Source: Paracoccaceae bacterium (GTDB taxonomy: Bacteria > Pseudomonadota > Alphaproteobacteria > Rhodobacterales > Rhodobacteraceae). Taken from it: a stretch of DNA of 64,000 bases. This document shows positions 50,988 through 60,909 of this stretch, piece after piece. The position numbers were made by a program, and so were the translations under genes. Position 1 is the stretch's first letter; each line of letters begins with the position of its first letter. The stretch is taken from assembly GCA_013003075.1 (NCBI GenBank), contig JABDLJ010000012.1, positions 1,956-65,955 on the forward strand, in the 5' to 3' direction. The notes under the pieces are model-generated. The model was not told where the DNA came from. It made no database searches and saw only the letters and a list, made by a program, of their open reading frames with translations.

Positions 50988-51971
50988 TTGAAATACTCAC
51001 TTGTCGCGGCAGGACTTCTGGCAGGCAGTACAGCCTTTGCCGAGACCCCAGTTCTGACCGTCTACACTTATGACAGTTTCGTCTCGGACTGGGGTCCGGG
51101 CCCCGCCGTCGAAGCGGCGTTCGAAGAGACCTGTACCTGCGATCTGCAATTCGTCGGCACTGGCGACGGCGCAGCGCTTTTGTCGCGGCTTCGGCTTGAG
51201 GGCGCGCGGACAGAGGCCGATATCGTGCTGGGCCTCGATACCAGCCTGACCGCCGCAGCCGCAGATACCGGCCTGTTCGCACCGCATTCGGTCGCCGCAG
51301 AGTTTGACTTGCCGATTGCCTGGAATGATCCGGTCTTCGTGCCCTACGACTGGGGCTATTTCGCCTTCGTCTACGAGACCGGAAAACTGGCGACGCCGCC
51401 GCAGTCGCTGAAGGCGCTGGCCGACAGTGACATCTCGATCCTGATCCAGGATCCGCGGTCTTCGACGCCCGGGCTTGGTCTGTTGCTGTGGGTCAAGGCG
51501 GCCTATGGCAAGGAAGCACCTGCGGTCTGGGAGGCGCTGTCGGATAACATCGTGACCGTCACAAAGGGCTGGTCCGAGGCATACGGGCTCTTTTTAGAGG
51601 GTGAGGCGGACATGGTTCTGTCCTACACGACCTCGCCGGCCTATCACCTGATCGCCGAAGAGGATGACGGCAAGGCTGCCGCGCCATTCGACGAGGGCCA
51701 TTACATGCAAATCGAAGTGGCGGCGAAAGTGGCAAGCACAGATCAACCCGATCTCGCCGATGCGTTTCTGGAATTCATGGTGACCGACGGCTTCCAAAGC
51801 GTGATCCCGACCACCAACTGGATGTATCCTGCAGTGACGCCGGAAGGCGGCTTGCCGGACGGGTTCGACACGCTTATCGAACCGAGCGCATCCCTGCTGA
51901 TCTCGGCAGCGGACGCGCCATCGGTTCGTGACGTTGCGCTAGGCGAATGGCTCGAAGCGCTCAGCCAGTAA
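50988..51971 (+). CDS. thiB: Thiamine ABC transporter substrate-binding protein
   Basis: I place the start at TTG 50988 (GGAG RBS 7 nt upstream), giving the signal peptide KYSLVAAGLLAGSTAFA. The track start 50901 and ATG 50919 lie inside the riboswitch aptamer. Confidence 0.85.
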   Translation: MKYSLVAAGLLAGSTAFAETPVLTVYTYDSFVSDWGPGPAVEAAFEETCTCDLQFVGTGDGAALLSRLRLEGARTEADIVLGLDTSLTAAAADTGLFAPHSVAAEFDLPIAWNDPVFVPYDWGYFAFVYETGKLATPPQSLKALADSDISILIQDPRSSTPGLGLLLWVKAAYGKEAPAVWEALSDNIVTVTKGWSEAYGLFLEGEADMVLSYTTSPAYHLIAEEDDGKAAAPFDEGHYMQIEVAAKVASTDQPDLADAFLEFMVTDGFQSVIPTTNWMYPAVTPEGGLPDGFDTLIEPSASLLISAADAPSVRDVALGEWLEALSQ

Positions 51972-53521
51972 GGCCCGCAGTCCCGGCCGGAGCCGTCGCG
52001 GCGGCTCTGGCCGTAATGCTGACACTGGCGCCGCTTGCCGCAGTGATGTGGCGCGCCGAAGCGCCCGGCGGCCTTGGTCCGGCGGACTGGGCCGCGATCC
52101 GCTTTTCGGTCTGGCAAGCGCTAATCTCGGCAGCCCTTAGCGTGGCGCTTGCGATCCCTGTGGTGCGCGCGCTTGCGCGGCAAAGTTTCGCCGGGCGCGG
52201 CCTTCTTGTGATGCTGCTGGGCGCGCCCTTCATTCTTCCGGTTATCGTCGCGATCTTCGGGCTGCTGGCCGTTTTCGGCCAAAATGGCTTGCTGCGCTAT
52301 GTCACCGATCTCATTGGCCTGCCGCCGATCCGTATCTACGGGCTGCACGGCATTGTCCTGGCCAACGTGTTCTTCAACCTGCCGCTGGCCACACGGCTCT
52401 TGCTACAGGGCTGGCAGGCGATCCCATCAGAACGCTTCCGGCTTGCCGCCTCGCTTGGGATGGATCGCGCCGAAATCCACCGTTTTCTGGAACGCCCGAT
52501 GCTGCGAGAGGCAGCTCCGGGCGCGCTGGCGATCATCTTTTTGGTCTGCACAACCAGCTTTGCCATCGCCCTTGCTTTGGGCGGCGGGCCGCGGGCAACG
52601 ACTGTCGAGCTGGCGATTTACCAAGCCTTCCGCTTCGATTTCGATCTGGCCAAGGCGGCGCTTCTGGCCGGGGTGCAATTTCTCATCACCCTTATCGCCG
52701 CGCTGATCAGTTTCCGCTTTTCGGTCCCTGCGGTTTTGGGTGCTGGCCTCGACCGCGACCTGCGCCGCTGGGACGCGCAATCGGGTTGGCCGCGCGCACT
52801 GGACGCCGCTGCGATCGCCGCAGCCGCGCTGTTCCTGTTGCTGCCTCTCACAATGGTCGTGCTGCGCGGGGCGCCGGCGATCGCCGGCATCGGCCCCGAT
52901 GTGTGGCAGGCCGCGCTACGCTCGCTAATCGTTGCGGTCGCGGCGGCCGGCTTGACCGTTGGACTGGCCCTCGCGCTCAGCACTGCCTCAACCGCGTCCC
53001 GGCTGCGTCCTGTGCGGCGGGGATATGAAGCAGCGGGCTACCTGGGTATCGCGATCTCCCCCCTGGTGATCGGCACTGGCCTCTACGTGATGATCTTTCC
53101 CTTCGCAAACCCGGTGGGCCTAGCGCTGCCGGTCACCGTGCTCGTCAACGCGGCGCTAGCACTGCCGTTCGCGCTGCGCATCCTATTGCCAGCGGTACAG
53201 GCGACCGAGCGCGATTTCGGGCGCCTCGCCGACAGCCTTGCGCTGACCGGCATTACCCGCCTGCGCTGGCTGTTGCTGCCACGTCTGCGCCGCCCCCTTG
53301 GGTTTGCCGCAGGCCTGTCGGCGGCGCTTTCGATGGGCGATCTCGGGGTGATCGCGCTTTTCGCCGATCCGCGCCAGGCCACTTTGCCGCTTGAGATGTA
53401 TCGCCTGATGGCCGCATACCGCACCGAGGACGCTGCCGGCGCGGCGCTGCTTTTGCTGATCCTGAGCCTGGCGCTGTTCTGGCTTTTTGACCGAGGGGGC
53501 CGAATTAATGCTGACGCTTGA
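51947..53521 (+). CDS. thiP: Thiamine/thiamine pyrophosphate ABC transporter permease
   Basis: 524-aa ORF with 12 TM helices in two permease modules. The start is uncertain (ATG 51947 or 52016). Confidence 0.85.
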   Translation: MARSAQPVRPAVPAGAVAAALAVMLTLAPLAAVMWRAEAPGGLGPADWAAIRFSVWQALISAALSVALAIPVVRALARQSFAGRGLLVMLLGAPFILPVIVAIFGLLAVFGQNGLLRYVTDLIGLPPIRIYGLHGIVLANVFFNLPLATRLLLQGWQAIPSERFRLAASLGMDRAEIHRFLERPMLREAAPGALAIIFLVCTTSFAIALALGGGPRATTVELAIYQAFRFDFDLAKAALLAGVQFLITLIAALISFRFSVPAVLGAGLDRDLRRWDAQSGWPRALDAAAIAAAALFLLLPLTMVVLRGAPAIAGIGPDVWQAALRSLIVAVAAAGLTVGLALALSTASTASRLRPVRRGYEAAGYLGIAISPLVIGTGLYVMIFPFANPVGLALPVTVLVNAALALPFALRILLPAVQATERDFGRLADSLALTGITRLRWLLLPRLRRPLGFAAGLSAALSMGDLGVIALFADPRQATLPLEMYRLMAAYRTEDAAGAALLLLILSLALFWLFDRGGRINADA

Positions 53522-54203
53522 AGATGTCTCAATCGTCGCAGGCACGTTTCACCTCACCGCCAATTGCAGCGTGCCCGAGCACAGCCTGACGGCGGTGATC
53601 GGACCATCGGGGGCTGGCAAGAGCACGCTTCTGTCGGCCATCGCGGGCTTTCAGGACATCGCGGCCGGTCAGATCTTCTGGAACAAGACACCGATATCGG
53701 GGTTGCCGCCTGGCAAGCGGCCCGTATCGACGATATTCCAGGACGGAAACCTTTTTCCGCATTTGACAGCATTTCAGAACGTGGGGCTGGGCATTTCGCC
53801 TGCTCTGAAGTTGTCGGCGCAAGATGAAAACCGCGTCGCCGAGGTACTGGGGCGCGTTGGGCTAACCGGCATGGAGGCGCGCAAGCCGGGCGCGCTGTCC
53901 GGCGGGCAGCAAAGCCGCGTCGCGCTGGCGCGGGTTTTGGTTCAGAACCGCCCCGTGGTCTTGCTGGACGAGCCCTTTTCGGCGCTTGGCCCGGCCATGA
54001 AAGCCGAAATGCTGGACCTGACGAAAGCCCTTCTGACAGCGACCGAGGCGACCGTACTAATGGTGACCCACGATCCAGAAGATGCCCGGAGGATCGCAGA
54101 GCACACGATGGTGGTGTCAGATGGTCAAGTCGCGCCGCCAGAGCCCACCCGAACATTGTTTGCAAACCCGACCGATGCACTTCGCGCCTATATCGGCCCA
54201 TAG
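53508..54203 (+). CDS. thiQ: Thiamine ABC transporter ATP-binding protein
   Basis: ATG 53508 (MLTLEDVSI) has a GAGGGGG RBS. Walker A is GPSGAGKST and the signature is LSGGQQSRVAL. Confidence 0.9.
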   Translation: MLTLEDVSIVAGTFHLTANCSVPEHSLTAVIGPSGAGKSTLLSAIAGFQDIAAGQIFWNKTPISGLPPGKRPVSTIFQDGNLFPHLTAFQNVGLGISPALKLSAQDENRVAEVLGRVGLTGMEARKPGALSGGQQSRVALARVLVQNRPVVLLDEPFSALGPAMKAEMLDLTKALLTATEATVLMVTHDPEDARRIAEHTMVVSDGQVAPPEPTRTLFANPTDALRAYIGP

Positions 54204-54236
54204 AAAAACGCGCCCCGAAGGGCGCGTTCTTTGTTC
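54204..54236. terminator. Bidirectional Rho-independent terminator between thiQ and the convergent petC
   Basis: aaaaa-cgcgccc-cgaa-gggcgcg-ttctttgtt. The 7-bp GC stem is flanked by an A-run and a T-run. Confidence 0.75.
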
Positions 54237-54251
54237 CGGTGTGCAGAATAC

Positions 54252-55073
54252 CTATTCGGCCGGCTGCTTCTTTGTCGCCCGTTTGACCGGCGCCCAGATG
54301 CGCTTGTTGGTCAGGTACAGAAGCACAGCCAGGATCGAAAGCATCAAGACGCCGTTGAAGCCGGCCTGCTTGCGCACCATGAGCTTCGGTTCCGCCGTCC
54401 ACATCAGGAAGGCCGATACGTCCTGCGCGATATCTTCCAGTTCGGTCGATGCGCCGTCCTCGTAGACGACGTCGTCGCCGTAGAGCGGCGGCGCCATTGC
54501 GATCCAGCCGCCGGGATAGGCGGTGTTTTCATACAGGATCGCGCCGGCTTCCTCCTTGTCCTCGCCGGTGTAGCCGGCCAGCAAGGTGGCGATATATTCA
54601 GGACCGCCCATGCCTTTGACAAGCTGGTTGATCCCCAAACCGTAGGGACCATGGAAGCCCGCGCGCGCCTTCGCCATCAGGCTGAGGTCGGGCGCGTTTG
54701 ACAGCGAGGATTCGGGAAAGTTGTCCTTGGGCGTTGCCGGGCGAAAATCGCCCTCGCCGTCGAACAAGGTCGGGTCGAACACCTCGTAGAACTCGGCGTA
54801 GGCACGGACCTGATCCTCGGGCAGCGCGGGACCGCCCTCGTCGGACAAGGTGCGGATCGGCACATAGCGCAGACCGTGGCAAGCCGAGCAGATCTCGGTA
54901 TAGACCTGAAGTCCGCGCTGGAGTTGCATCTGGTCGAACGTGCCGAAAGGACCCTCGAACGAGAAGTCGTAGTCCTCGATGTAAGTATCTTCGGCGCCCG
55001 CGGCAAATCCCGCGGATGCCACCAGCGAAACACCAAGTGCAAGCGACGCCGTTGTGATGAGTTGTCTGATCAT
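54252..55073 (-). CDS. petC: Cytochrome c1 (bc1 complex)
   Basis: 273-aa ORF with a signal peptide, a CSACHG heme motif and a C-terminal TM anchor. Confidence 0.93.
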   Translation of the reverse strand: MIRQLITTASLALGVSLVASAGFAAGAEDTYIEDYDFSFEGPFGTFDQMQLQRGLQVYTEICSACHGLRYVPIRTLSDEGGPALPEDQVRAYAEFYEVFDPTLFDGEGDFRPATPKDNFPESSLSNAPDLSLMAKARAGFHGPYGLGINQLVKGMGGPEYIATLLAGYTGEDKEEAGAILYENTAYPGGWIAMAPPLYGDDVVYEDGASTELEDIAQDVSAFLMWTAEPKLMVRKQAGFNGVLMLSILAVLLYLTNKRIWAPVKRATKKQPAE

Positions 55074-55091
55074 TGTCTCAGATATCCTCTC

Positions 55092-56438
55092 TTACTCAGC
55101 CGGCGTCGGGGCAGCGGCACCTTCGGAGCCGGACCCTTTGCCATAGTGAGCCTTGAAATCGTCTTCGATGGTTTCCGGCTGCGGCAGCGGCTTTTCGATG
55201 ACGCCGAGCAGCGGCAGGATCACCAGGAAGTAGGCGAACCAGTAAGCCGATGCGATCAGGGCGATGACGCCGTAAATGCCTTCGGCCGGCTGCGCGCCAC
55301 ACCACGTCAGAACGACGAAGTCGATCACCAGAAGCGCAAACCACCACTTGAACATCGGGCGATAGCGGCCCGAACGCACCGACGAGGTGTCAAGCCACGG
55401 CGCCAGCGCCATGACTGCGATCGAGCCAAACATCGCAAGCACACCGAAGAATTTCGCATCGATGATGCCGCCGGTGATGAAAGACGTCAGCTGGACCACC
55501 CACACGTCCGCGGTGAATGCACGCAGGATCGCGTAGAACGGAAGGAAGTACCATTCCGGCACGATATGCGCCGGCGTCGCAAGCGGGTTTGCTTCGATAT
55601 AGTTGTCCGGGTGACCAAGATAGTTCGGCATGAACCCGACGATGGCGAAGAATATCGCGAGGATGATCGCGAGGGCGAAAAGATCCTTGATCACGAAATA
55701 CGGCCAGAACGGCAGTGTATCGCGCCCGGCTTCTTCCTTCGATGTGCGCCGCACCTCGACACCGGTCGGGTTGTTGTTGCCGGTGGTGTGAAACGCCCAG
55801 ATGTGAACGATCACAAGACCTGCGATAATGAACGGCATCAGGTAGTGCAGCGAAAAGAAGCGGGTCAGCGTCGCGTTGTCGACGGCGGGGCCACCCAAGA
55901 GCCAGGTCTGCAGCGGCTCGCCGATGAAGGGGATTGCGCCGAAAAGACCGGTAATGACGGTCGCGCCCCAAAAGGACATCTGGCCCCAAGGCAGAACGTA
56001 GCCCATGAACGCCGTTGCCATCATCAACAGATAGATCAGCATGCCGATGATCCATGTTATCTCGCGCGGGGCCTTGTAAGAGCCATAGTAGAGACTGCGG
56101 AAGATATGCAGATAAACCGCAACGAAGAACAGCGATGCTCCATTCATGTGAAGATAGCGGATCATGTGACCGCTGTTCACGTTGCGCATGATGTGTTCGA
56201 CCGACGCAAATGCCATGTCTACATGCGGCGTGTAGTGCATCACGAGGATGATACCGGTGATTATCTGCAACGCCAGGCAGAAGGTCAGAACAATTCCCCA
56301 GATCCACATCCAGTTCAGGTTTTTCGGAGTGGGGATCATTATCGTGTCATACAGCAGCCCGGCAATCGGCAGGCGGCGGTGCAGCCACTTCTCGCCGTCG
56401 GACTTGGGTTCGTAATGATCGTGCGGAATACCAGACAT
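55092..56438 (-). CDS. petB: Cytochrome b (bc1 complex)
   Basis: 448-aa multi-TM ORF with typical cytochrome b N- and C-terminal domains. Confidence 0.95.
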   Translation of the reverse strand: MSGIPHDHYEPKSDGEKWLHRRLPIAGLLYDTIMIPTPKNLNWMWIWGIVLTFCLALQIITGIILVMHYTPHVDMAFASVEHIMRNVNSGHMIRYLHMNGASLFFVAVYLHIFRSLYYGSYKAPREITWIIGMLIYLLMMATAFMGYVLPWGQMSFWGATVITGLFGAIPFIGEPLQTWLLGGPAVDNATLTRFFSLHYLMPFIIAGLVIVHIWAFHTTGNNNPTGVEVRRTSKEEAGRDTLPFWPYFVIKDLFALAIILAIFFAIVGFMPNYLGHPDNYIEANPLATPAHIVPEWYFLPFYAILRAFTADVWVVQLTSFITGGIIDAKFFGVLAMFGSIAVMALAPWLDTSSVRSGRYRPMFKWWFALLVIDFVVLTWCGAQPAEGIYGVIALIASAYWFAYFLVILPLLGVIEKPLPQPETIEDDFKAHYGKGSGSEGAAAPTPAE

Positions 56439-56449
56439 TTCTTTCTCCC

Positions 56450-57013
56450 TTATCCGAGCAGGATCGTCGTCTCGTCGGCGAATTCTGCAACCGGCACCGG
56501 CAGGTTACGCGGTGCGGGGCCGCGGCGAATGCGGCCTGCGGTGTCGTAATGTGAGCCGTGGCAGGGGCAGAACCAGCCGCCGAAATCGCCGGCACCGTCG
56601 CCCAGCGGCACGCAGCCCAAGTGGGTGCAGACGCCCTGCATCACAAGCCATTCGCCGTTTTCATCCAGCGTGCGGTTTTCGTCGGTCGCCGGCGCCTCGC
56701 CGGAGATATTCGCGTTCTCGGCGCCAGCGTCGATCAGGTCGGCCAATTCGACCTGGCGCGCGGCCTCGATCTCTTCTTCCGTGCGGCGGCGGATGAAGAT
56801 CGGCTTGCCAAGAAACAGAACGGTCAGCTGGCTGCCGACTTCGACGCCGGATATATCGACGCGCAGGGTCGAGGCGGCCTGAACATCGGCCGAGGGGTTC
56901 ATCTGATTGATCATGGGCCAAACGGCGGCCCCGGTCACGACGACGCCTGCTCCGGCAGTAGCGTAGTACAGGAAATCGCGGCGTGTGCCTTCGTGGTCAT
57001 CTGCGTGGGACAC
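56450..57013 (-). CDS. petA: Ubiquinol-cytochrome c reductase iron-sulfur (Rieske) subunit
   Basis: Rieske motifs CTHLGC and CPCHGS, and a Tat-like RRDFLYY. I prefer GTG 57013 (GGAG RBS 6 nt upstream), giving (M)[13 protein letters not shown]. The alternatives are ATG 57025 or 57037. Confidence 0.9.
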   Translation of the reverse strand: MSHADDHEGTRRDFLYYATAGAGVVVTGAAVWPMINQMNPSADVQAASTLRVDISGVEVGSQLTVLFLGKPIFIRRRTEEEIEAARQVELADLIDAGAENANISGEAPATDENRTLDENGEWLVMQGVCTHLGCVPLGDGAGDFGGWFCPCHGSHYDTAGRIRRGPAPRNLPVPVAEFADETTILLG

Positions 57014-57189
57014 GTGATTCTCCATTCTTGGTGGCATCTACTATGCCAACGTAAACGGGCGGCAGTCGCCTGCGCCCCCTCCGCGAAGCTACTTAGCTCT
57101 CTCGCCCGGCCTCGTCCAGCCGACAAACGCTCAGATCGCCAATCGGGCGCTTTTGACGCGATTTCCCTAACAAAACGTAACTGCCGGAC

Positions 57190-57798
57190 CTAGGCTTCCA
57201 GCGGTTTTGTCGCAGTCATCGCGCCCCGAGTGGCAAACGAATCGTACCATCCTGCAAGATCCGATCGCCCATGCCGCCAGTTTCGCGCGTCCAGGCGTAA
57301 ATCGAGATAGCCCAGGGCGCACCCAACGGCGATCTGACCCATGTCGAGCCGGCCCAGCAGATGGCTGATCCAGAGACCGTTCAGGGTGTCCAGCGCACGG
57401 TCTATTTTCGACCATTGCCCCTCGACCCAAGGCGCGTACTGCGCGTCCGCAGGGCGCAGGCGATCCTCGTATATCATCAAGAGCGCGGCATCGAGAATGC
57501 CATCGGCCGTTGCCTCGATCGTCAGGGTATCCCAAAGCCTTTGGCCCTGAGCGTAAAGTCCCGTGTCTGCGCGCGCGTCCAGATAACGAGTGATGACGCG
57601 GCTATCGTAAAGCGCCGGCCCGTCAGGGCGCTCCAGCGCGGGCACCTTGCCCAGCGGATTGGGCGAGGCAGGAATTTCGCTCGAAACGGGTGAGCTGTGC
57701 GTCGGCACCAACTCGACATCCGGCAACTGGCCGGTCTCGTGCAAAACCACCATGACCTTGCGCACATAGGGCGAGGTCGGCGAATAACTGAGCCTCAA
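57190..57798 (-). CDS. Glutathione S-transferase family protein
   Basis: 202-aa ORF with a TTG start. The N-terminus (RLSYSPTSPYVRKV) is typical of GSTs. Confidence 0.85.
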   Translation of the reverse strand: MRLSYSPTSPYVRKVMVVLHETGQLPDVELVPTHSSPVSSEIPASPNPLGKVPALERPDGPALYDSRVITRYLDARADTGLYAQGQRLWDTLTIEATADGILDAALLMIYEDRLRPADAQYAPWVEGQWSKIDRALDTLNGLWISHLLGRLDMGQIAVGCALGYLDLRLDARNWRHGRSDLAGWYDSFATRGAMTATKPLEA

Positions 57799-58079
57799 TC
57801 CCCGAGCTTTCTGATGCGGATGCGCGTCAGCGCAGTTGCGTCGACTTCGATGCCCGGACCGTCCGTGCCAAGCCGTATCACGCGGCGGAACCGTCCGGCA
57901 CCATTCATCTGGCCCTGTTCCTTTCGCAGCGCGACTCCCTCGGCGACATCGTCCATCGCGTCTTCGGCTCTTTGGTCGCGCGGCGCGGATTGCGCATGTC
58001 TTGTAACGGCGTAGGTGGCCAGCGCTATCGCGCCATAGCGCAGCGCGACACCTGCAATCGGAGCAATCGGCAAAGGCAT
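57795..58079 (-). CDS. Hypothetical small protein (94 aa) with an N-terminal hydrophobic helix
   Basis: Internal ATG 58079 (MPLPIAPIAGVALRYGAIALATYAV) of track ORF 57795..58145. Its stop overlaps the GST TTG start (TTGA). Confidence 0.5.
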   Translation of the reverse strand: MPLPIAPIAGVALRYGAIALATYAVTRHAQSAPRDQRAEDAMDDVAEGVALRKEQGQMNGAGRFRRVIRLGTDGPGIEVDATALTRIRIRKLGD

Positions 58080-58151
58080 GAAACGTCCTCCTGTCAAGGC
58101 ATGCAGCCTAGGGCCTCGCGGCCTCACTGTCCAATAACGTCTCAATGAGCG

Positions 58152-59423
58152 TCAGCCAGCCGCCGACGCCGTCAATCGATTTGAAGAGACGCCAGTGATC
58201 CTGGCCATCACGATCGTGCCTTCGGGTTGAGGTTCGGTGAAGTCCACCTCGGCGAAATGCGGGGTGCGTCCCATGCCTGGGCTTTCCATCAAGACAGGGT
58301 GCATCTGGCCCACATGGGCCGCCAGATGCCTGGCGACCGCCGCCTCGCCCACTGCGCGCAGTCGGGCAGCCCGATTTCGGATCACCGGGGCGGGTACCGC
58401 AGGCATACGTGCGGCAGGGGTGCCCTCGCGCGCCGAGTAGGGAAAGACATGGAGCCAGGTCAGATCGCACTCGTCCACAAGGCTCAGCGAGTTCTCGAAC
58501 ATCTCGGGCGTCTCGGTGGGAAATCCTGCGATGATATCGGCGCCAAAGGTTATATCGGGGCGCAGTCGGCGCGCTTCCTGGCAAAACGCGATTGCATCGC
58601 CGCGCAGGTGGCGCCGCTTCATTCGCTTGAGGATCATGTCGTCGCCGGCCTGCAGGCTTAGATGCAAATGCGGCATCAGGCGTGGTTCGGTGGCGATCGC
58701 CTGCATCAGGTCGGGATCGACCTCGATGGAATCGATAGAACTTATCCTCAGGCGCGGCAGGTCCGGCACCAGCTTCAGGATCCGCAGCACCAGGTTGCCA
58801 AGCTTGGGTTCGCCGGGCAGATCGGCGCCCCAACTTGTAAGATCCACACCTGTCAGCACCAGCTCGTTGTACCCACGCCCGACAAGCCGCTTGATCTGGT
58901 CGACCACGGTTCCGGCCGGGACCGAACGCGAATTGCCGCGACCGTACGGAATGATGCAGAACGTACAGCGATGGTCGCAACCGTTCTGTACCTGGACGTA
59001 GGCGCGCGAGCGGGTCCCGAAGCCATCTATCAGGTGGCCTGCCGTCTCGGTCACCGACATGATGTCATCGACCTGGACCGGTTCTGTATCCCCCACGAAA
59101 TCGGGCTGCAGGCGACGCCAGGTGGCAGTGGTCATTTTCTCGGTATTGCCGATCACAAGATCGACCTCGTCCATTCCGGAAAAGGTCTCGGGCTCGGTCT
59201 GTGCGGCGCATCCGGTGACGATCATGCGGGCCCCGGGATGCTGCCGGCGCAGTTTGCGTATTTCCTGGCGCGCCTTTCGGACCGCCTCTGCCGTCACCGC
59301 ACAGGTATTGACGACAACCGCGTCCTCTACGCCCGCCGCCGCCGCCAGCTCTTTCATCGCCTCGGTCTCGTAGGCGTTCAGCCGGCAGCCAAGGGTCGAG
59401 AATACGGGGGCTTTTCGGTCCAT
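58152..59423 (-). CDS. mtaB: tRNA (t6A37) methylthiotransferase MtaB (radical SAM)
   Basis: 423-aa ORF with an N-terminal UPF0004 domain Cys pattern, radical SAM motif CDHRCTFC and a C-terminal TRAM-like domain. Confidence 0.9.
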   Translation of the reverse strand: MDRKAPVFSTLGCRLNAYETEAMKELAAAAGVEDAVVVNTCAVTAEAVRKARQEIRKLRRQHPGARMIVTGCAAQTEPETFSGMDEVDLVIGNTEKMTTATWRRLQPDFVGDTEPVQVDDIMSVTETAGHLIDGFGTRSRAYVQVQNGCDHRCTFCIIPYGRGNSRSVPAGTVVDQIKRLVGRGYNELVLTGVDLTSWGADLPGEPKLGNLVLRILKLVPDLPRLRISSIDSIEVDPDLMQAIATEPRLMPHLHLSLQAGDDMILKRMKRRHLRGDAIAFCQEARRLRPDITFGADIIAGFPTETPEMFENSLSLVDECDLTWLHVFPYSAREGTPAARMPAVPAPVIRNRAARLRAVGEAAVARHLAAHVGQMHPVLMESPGMGRTPHFAEVDFTEPQPEGTIVMARITGVSSNRLTASAAG

Positions 59424-60259
59424 CAGAGGCTGGCCAGGAAGTCGGGGGTCAGCTCCCCGGTGAACACATGCGTCGTCGGACCGGTCATCCAGACCCCGTC
59501 TTCACGCCAGTCGATCATCAGCATGCCGCCATCGACGTGAACATTGGCGCAGCGCTCTGTCAGGCCGCGCCGCGCTGCCGCTACGACCGCCGCACAGCTG
59601 CAAGAGCCCGAGGCCAGTGTCACACCGGTGCCGCGCTCCCATATGCGCGCACGCAGGGCGGTTTTGGACAGAACCTGGACCGCTTCGACATTTGTACGTT
59701 CGGGAAAAAGCGGGTGCGTTTCGTACAAAGGCCCGAACGCGGCAATGTCCAAAGCCTCGGCGTCCTCGACGAAGAACGTGCAGTGCGGATTGCCCATGCC
59801 GGTCGCAATCGGATCCCCGTCGATGGGCAAATGATCGGTCGGGCCCTCTTCAGAGAGCGGGATCTCATTCCAGGCCAGAAGCGGTGCGCCCATGTTCACC
59901 CGCGTCAGCCCGCCGCCGGCATCTTCGGCCTGCAAGACCCCCCGTTCGGTCCTCAGTGTCAACGAGCGGGCGCCCCGCGCATCCATCTCGTGGCGTGCGA
60001 TGCAACGGGTGGCATTTCCGCAAGCTGCCGAAAGCGAGCCGTCGGCGTTGAAGAATGTCAGCGCCACATCCGCTGCGCCATCATCGGAGATCACTGCAAG
60101 CTGGTCGAAGCCAACCCCGCGATGCCGGTCTCCCAAGGCACGCGCAAGTCCTGCCGTAACGGCCGGGCCGCCCTCGCGCCCGTCGATGATGACGAAGTCG
60201 TTGCCCAGCCCATGCATTTTCATGAAGCTCAGGCCACTTATGTGGTCTTTCAAGCGCAT
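59423..60259 (-). CDS. dapF: Diaminopimelate epimerase
   Basis: Contains FMKMHGLGNDFVIID and catalytic Cys regions (CGNATRC, GSCSCAA). I place the start at ATG 60259 (MRLKDHISGLSF). The track extension to 60334 overlaps the tRNA promoter. The stop overlaps the mtaB ATG by 1 nt. Confidence 0.9.
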   Translation of the reverse strand: MRLKDHISGLSFMKMHGLGNDFVIIDGREGGPAVTAGLARALGDRHRGVGFDQLAVISDDGAADVALTFFNADGSLSAACGNATRCIARHEMDARGARSLTLRTERGVLQAEDAGGGLTRVNMGAPLLAWNEIPLSEEGPTDHLPIDGDPIATGMGNPHCTFFVEDAEALDIAAFGPLYETHPLFPERTNVEAVQVLSKTALRARIWERGTGVTLASGSCSCAAVVAAARRGLTERCANVHVDGGMLMIDWREDGVWMTGPTTHVFTGELTPDFLASL

Positions 60260-60325
60260 AGGCGGGCATATAGCGCGCGCATCGGCCATTTGGAAGCAAT
60301 TGCCGACCCGGACCCGAATTCGCCC

Positions 60326-60354
60326 TTGACGCAATTCTGGGCCGACGTTAGCTA
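60326..60354 (+). promoter_or_regulatory. Sigma70-like promoter for tRNA-Lys
   Basis: TTGACG (60326-60331), a 17-nt spacer, then TAGCTA (60349-60354), about 14 nt before the mature tRNA 5' end. Confidence 0.5.
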
Positions 60355-60367
60355 AGCGTCCTTGAGT

Positions 60368-60443
60368 GGGCCGTTAGCTCAGTTGGTAGAGCAACTGACT
60401 TTTAATCAGTGGGTCGCAGGTTCGAATCCTGCACGGCTCACCA
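60368..60443 (+). tRNA. tRNA-Lys (anticodon UUU)
   Basis: The 76-nt cloverleaf was folded by hand: acceptor gggccgt/acggctc (one G-U pair), D arm gctc-agttggta-gagc, anticodon stem actga/tcagt with loop cTTTTaa, T arm gcagg-ttcgaat-cctgc, and an encoded CCA. Confidence 0.93.
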
Positions 60444-60526
60444 CTTTATTTCATATAAATCAAAATGTTAAGAGACGCCCCCCTTGTGGGGTGAGTGTTC
60501 GCCATGTCTCTGGCTTCCATATGGCT

Positions 60527-60537
60527 TCCTGCACGGC
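60527..60537 (+). repeat. 11-nt direct repeat of the tRNA-Lys 3' region (possible degenerate att remnant)
   Basis: tcctgcacggc occurs at 60427-60437 (T-arm/acceptor of the tRNA) and again exactly 100 bp downstream at 60527-60537. Confidence 0.35.
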
Positions 60538-60909
60538 AAAATCGCCGGCGGTGTTTCCGAGCCTCGCTCCTCGCTGGGCCAGACAAATGGGGGACATTGT
60601 GGGCCTCGTACTGGGGTGCGGCTGAGGCTTCGGTATGATCCGAGCGCCCTAACACGCAGCTGCGTGAAGAAGATGCTCCTGTTGGGCTGGGGATAAGCCC
60701 ATGCCTTGTTCGTCTGCGGCATCGTTCTTGTCCTTCAGATTTTGCTTCACCAGCGTTTAAACGCGACACAGACAATTTGCCCGCCGACTTTGAGGCCTCA
60801 AACTGAAAAACATGAGGTCGGTCATAGATCCAGCCCCGGGGGCCTTAGCCTGACATTGGTACTTCTTGCGGCGAACGACAGCTTCGAGCCCAAAGCTGAG
60901 ATGTCGGCG

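Noticed and set aside
54876-56549. 557-aa plus-strand ORF opposite petB and petC
   Set aside because: It is antisense to cytochrome b and c1. The product is Arg/Asp/His-rich and low-complexity.
60362-60625. 87-aa plus-strand ORF after dapF
   Set aside because: It is made of the tRNA-Lys gene read as protein plus non-coding sequence, and it has no RBS.
60444-60909. Search for an integrase or transposase remnant in the 466-bp gap after tRNA-Lys
   Set aside because: I translated all three minus frames and inspected the plus frames. They give only short stop-interrupted peptides with no tyrosine-recombinase (R..H..R..Y) or DDE-like motifs that I could recognise. A tblastx search would be needed to be sure.
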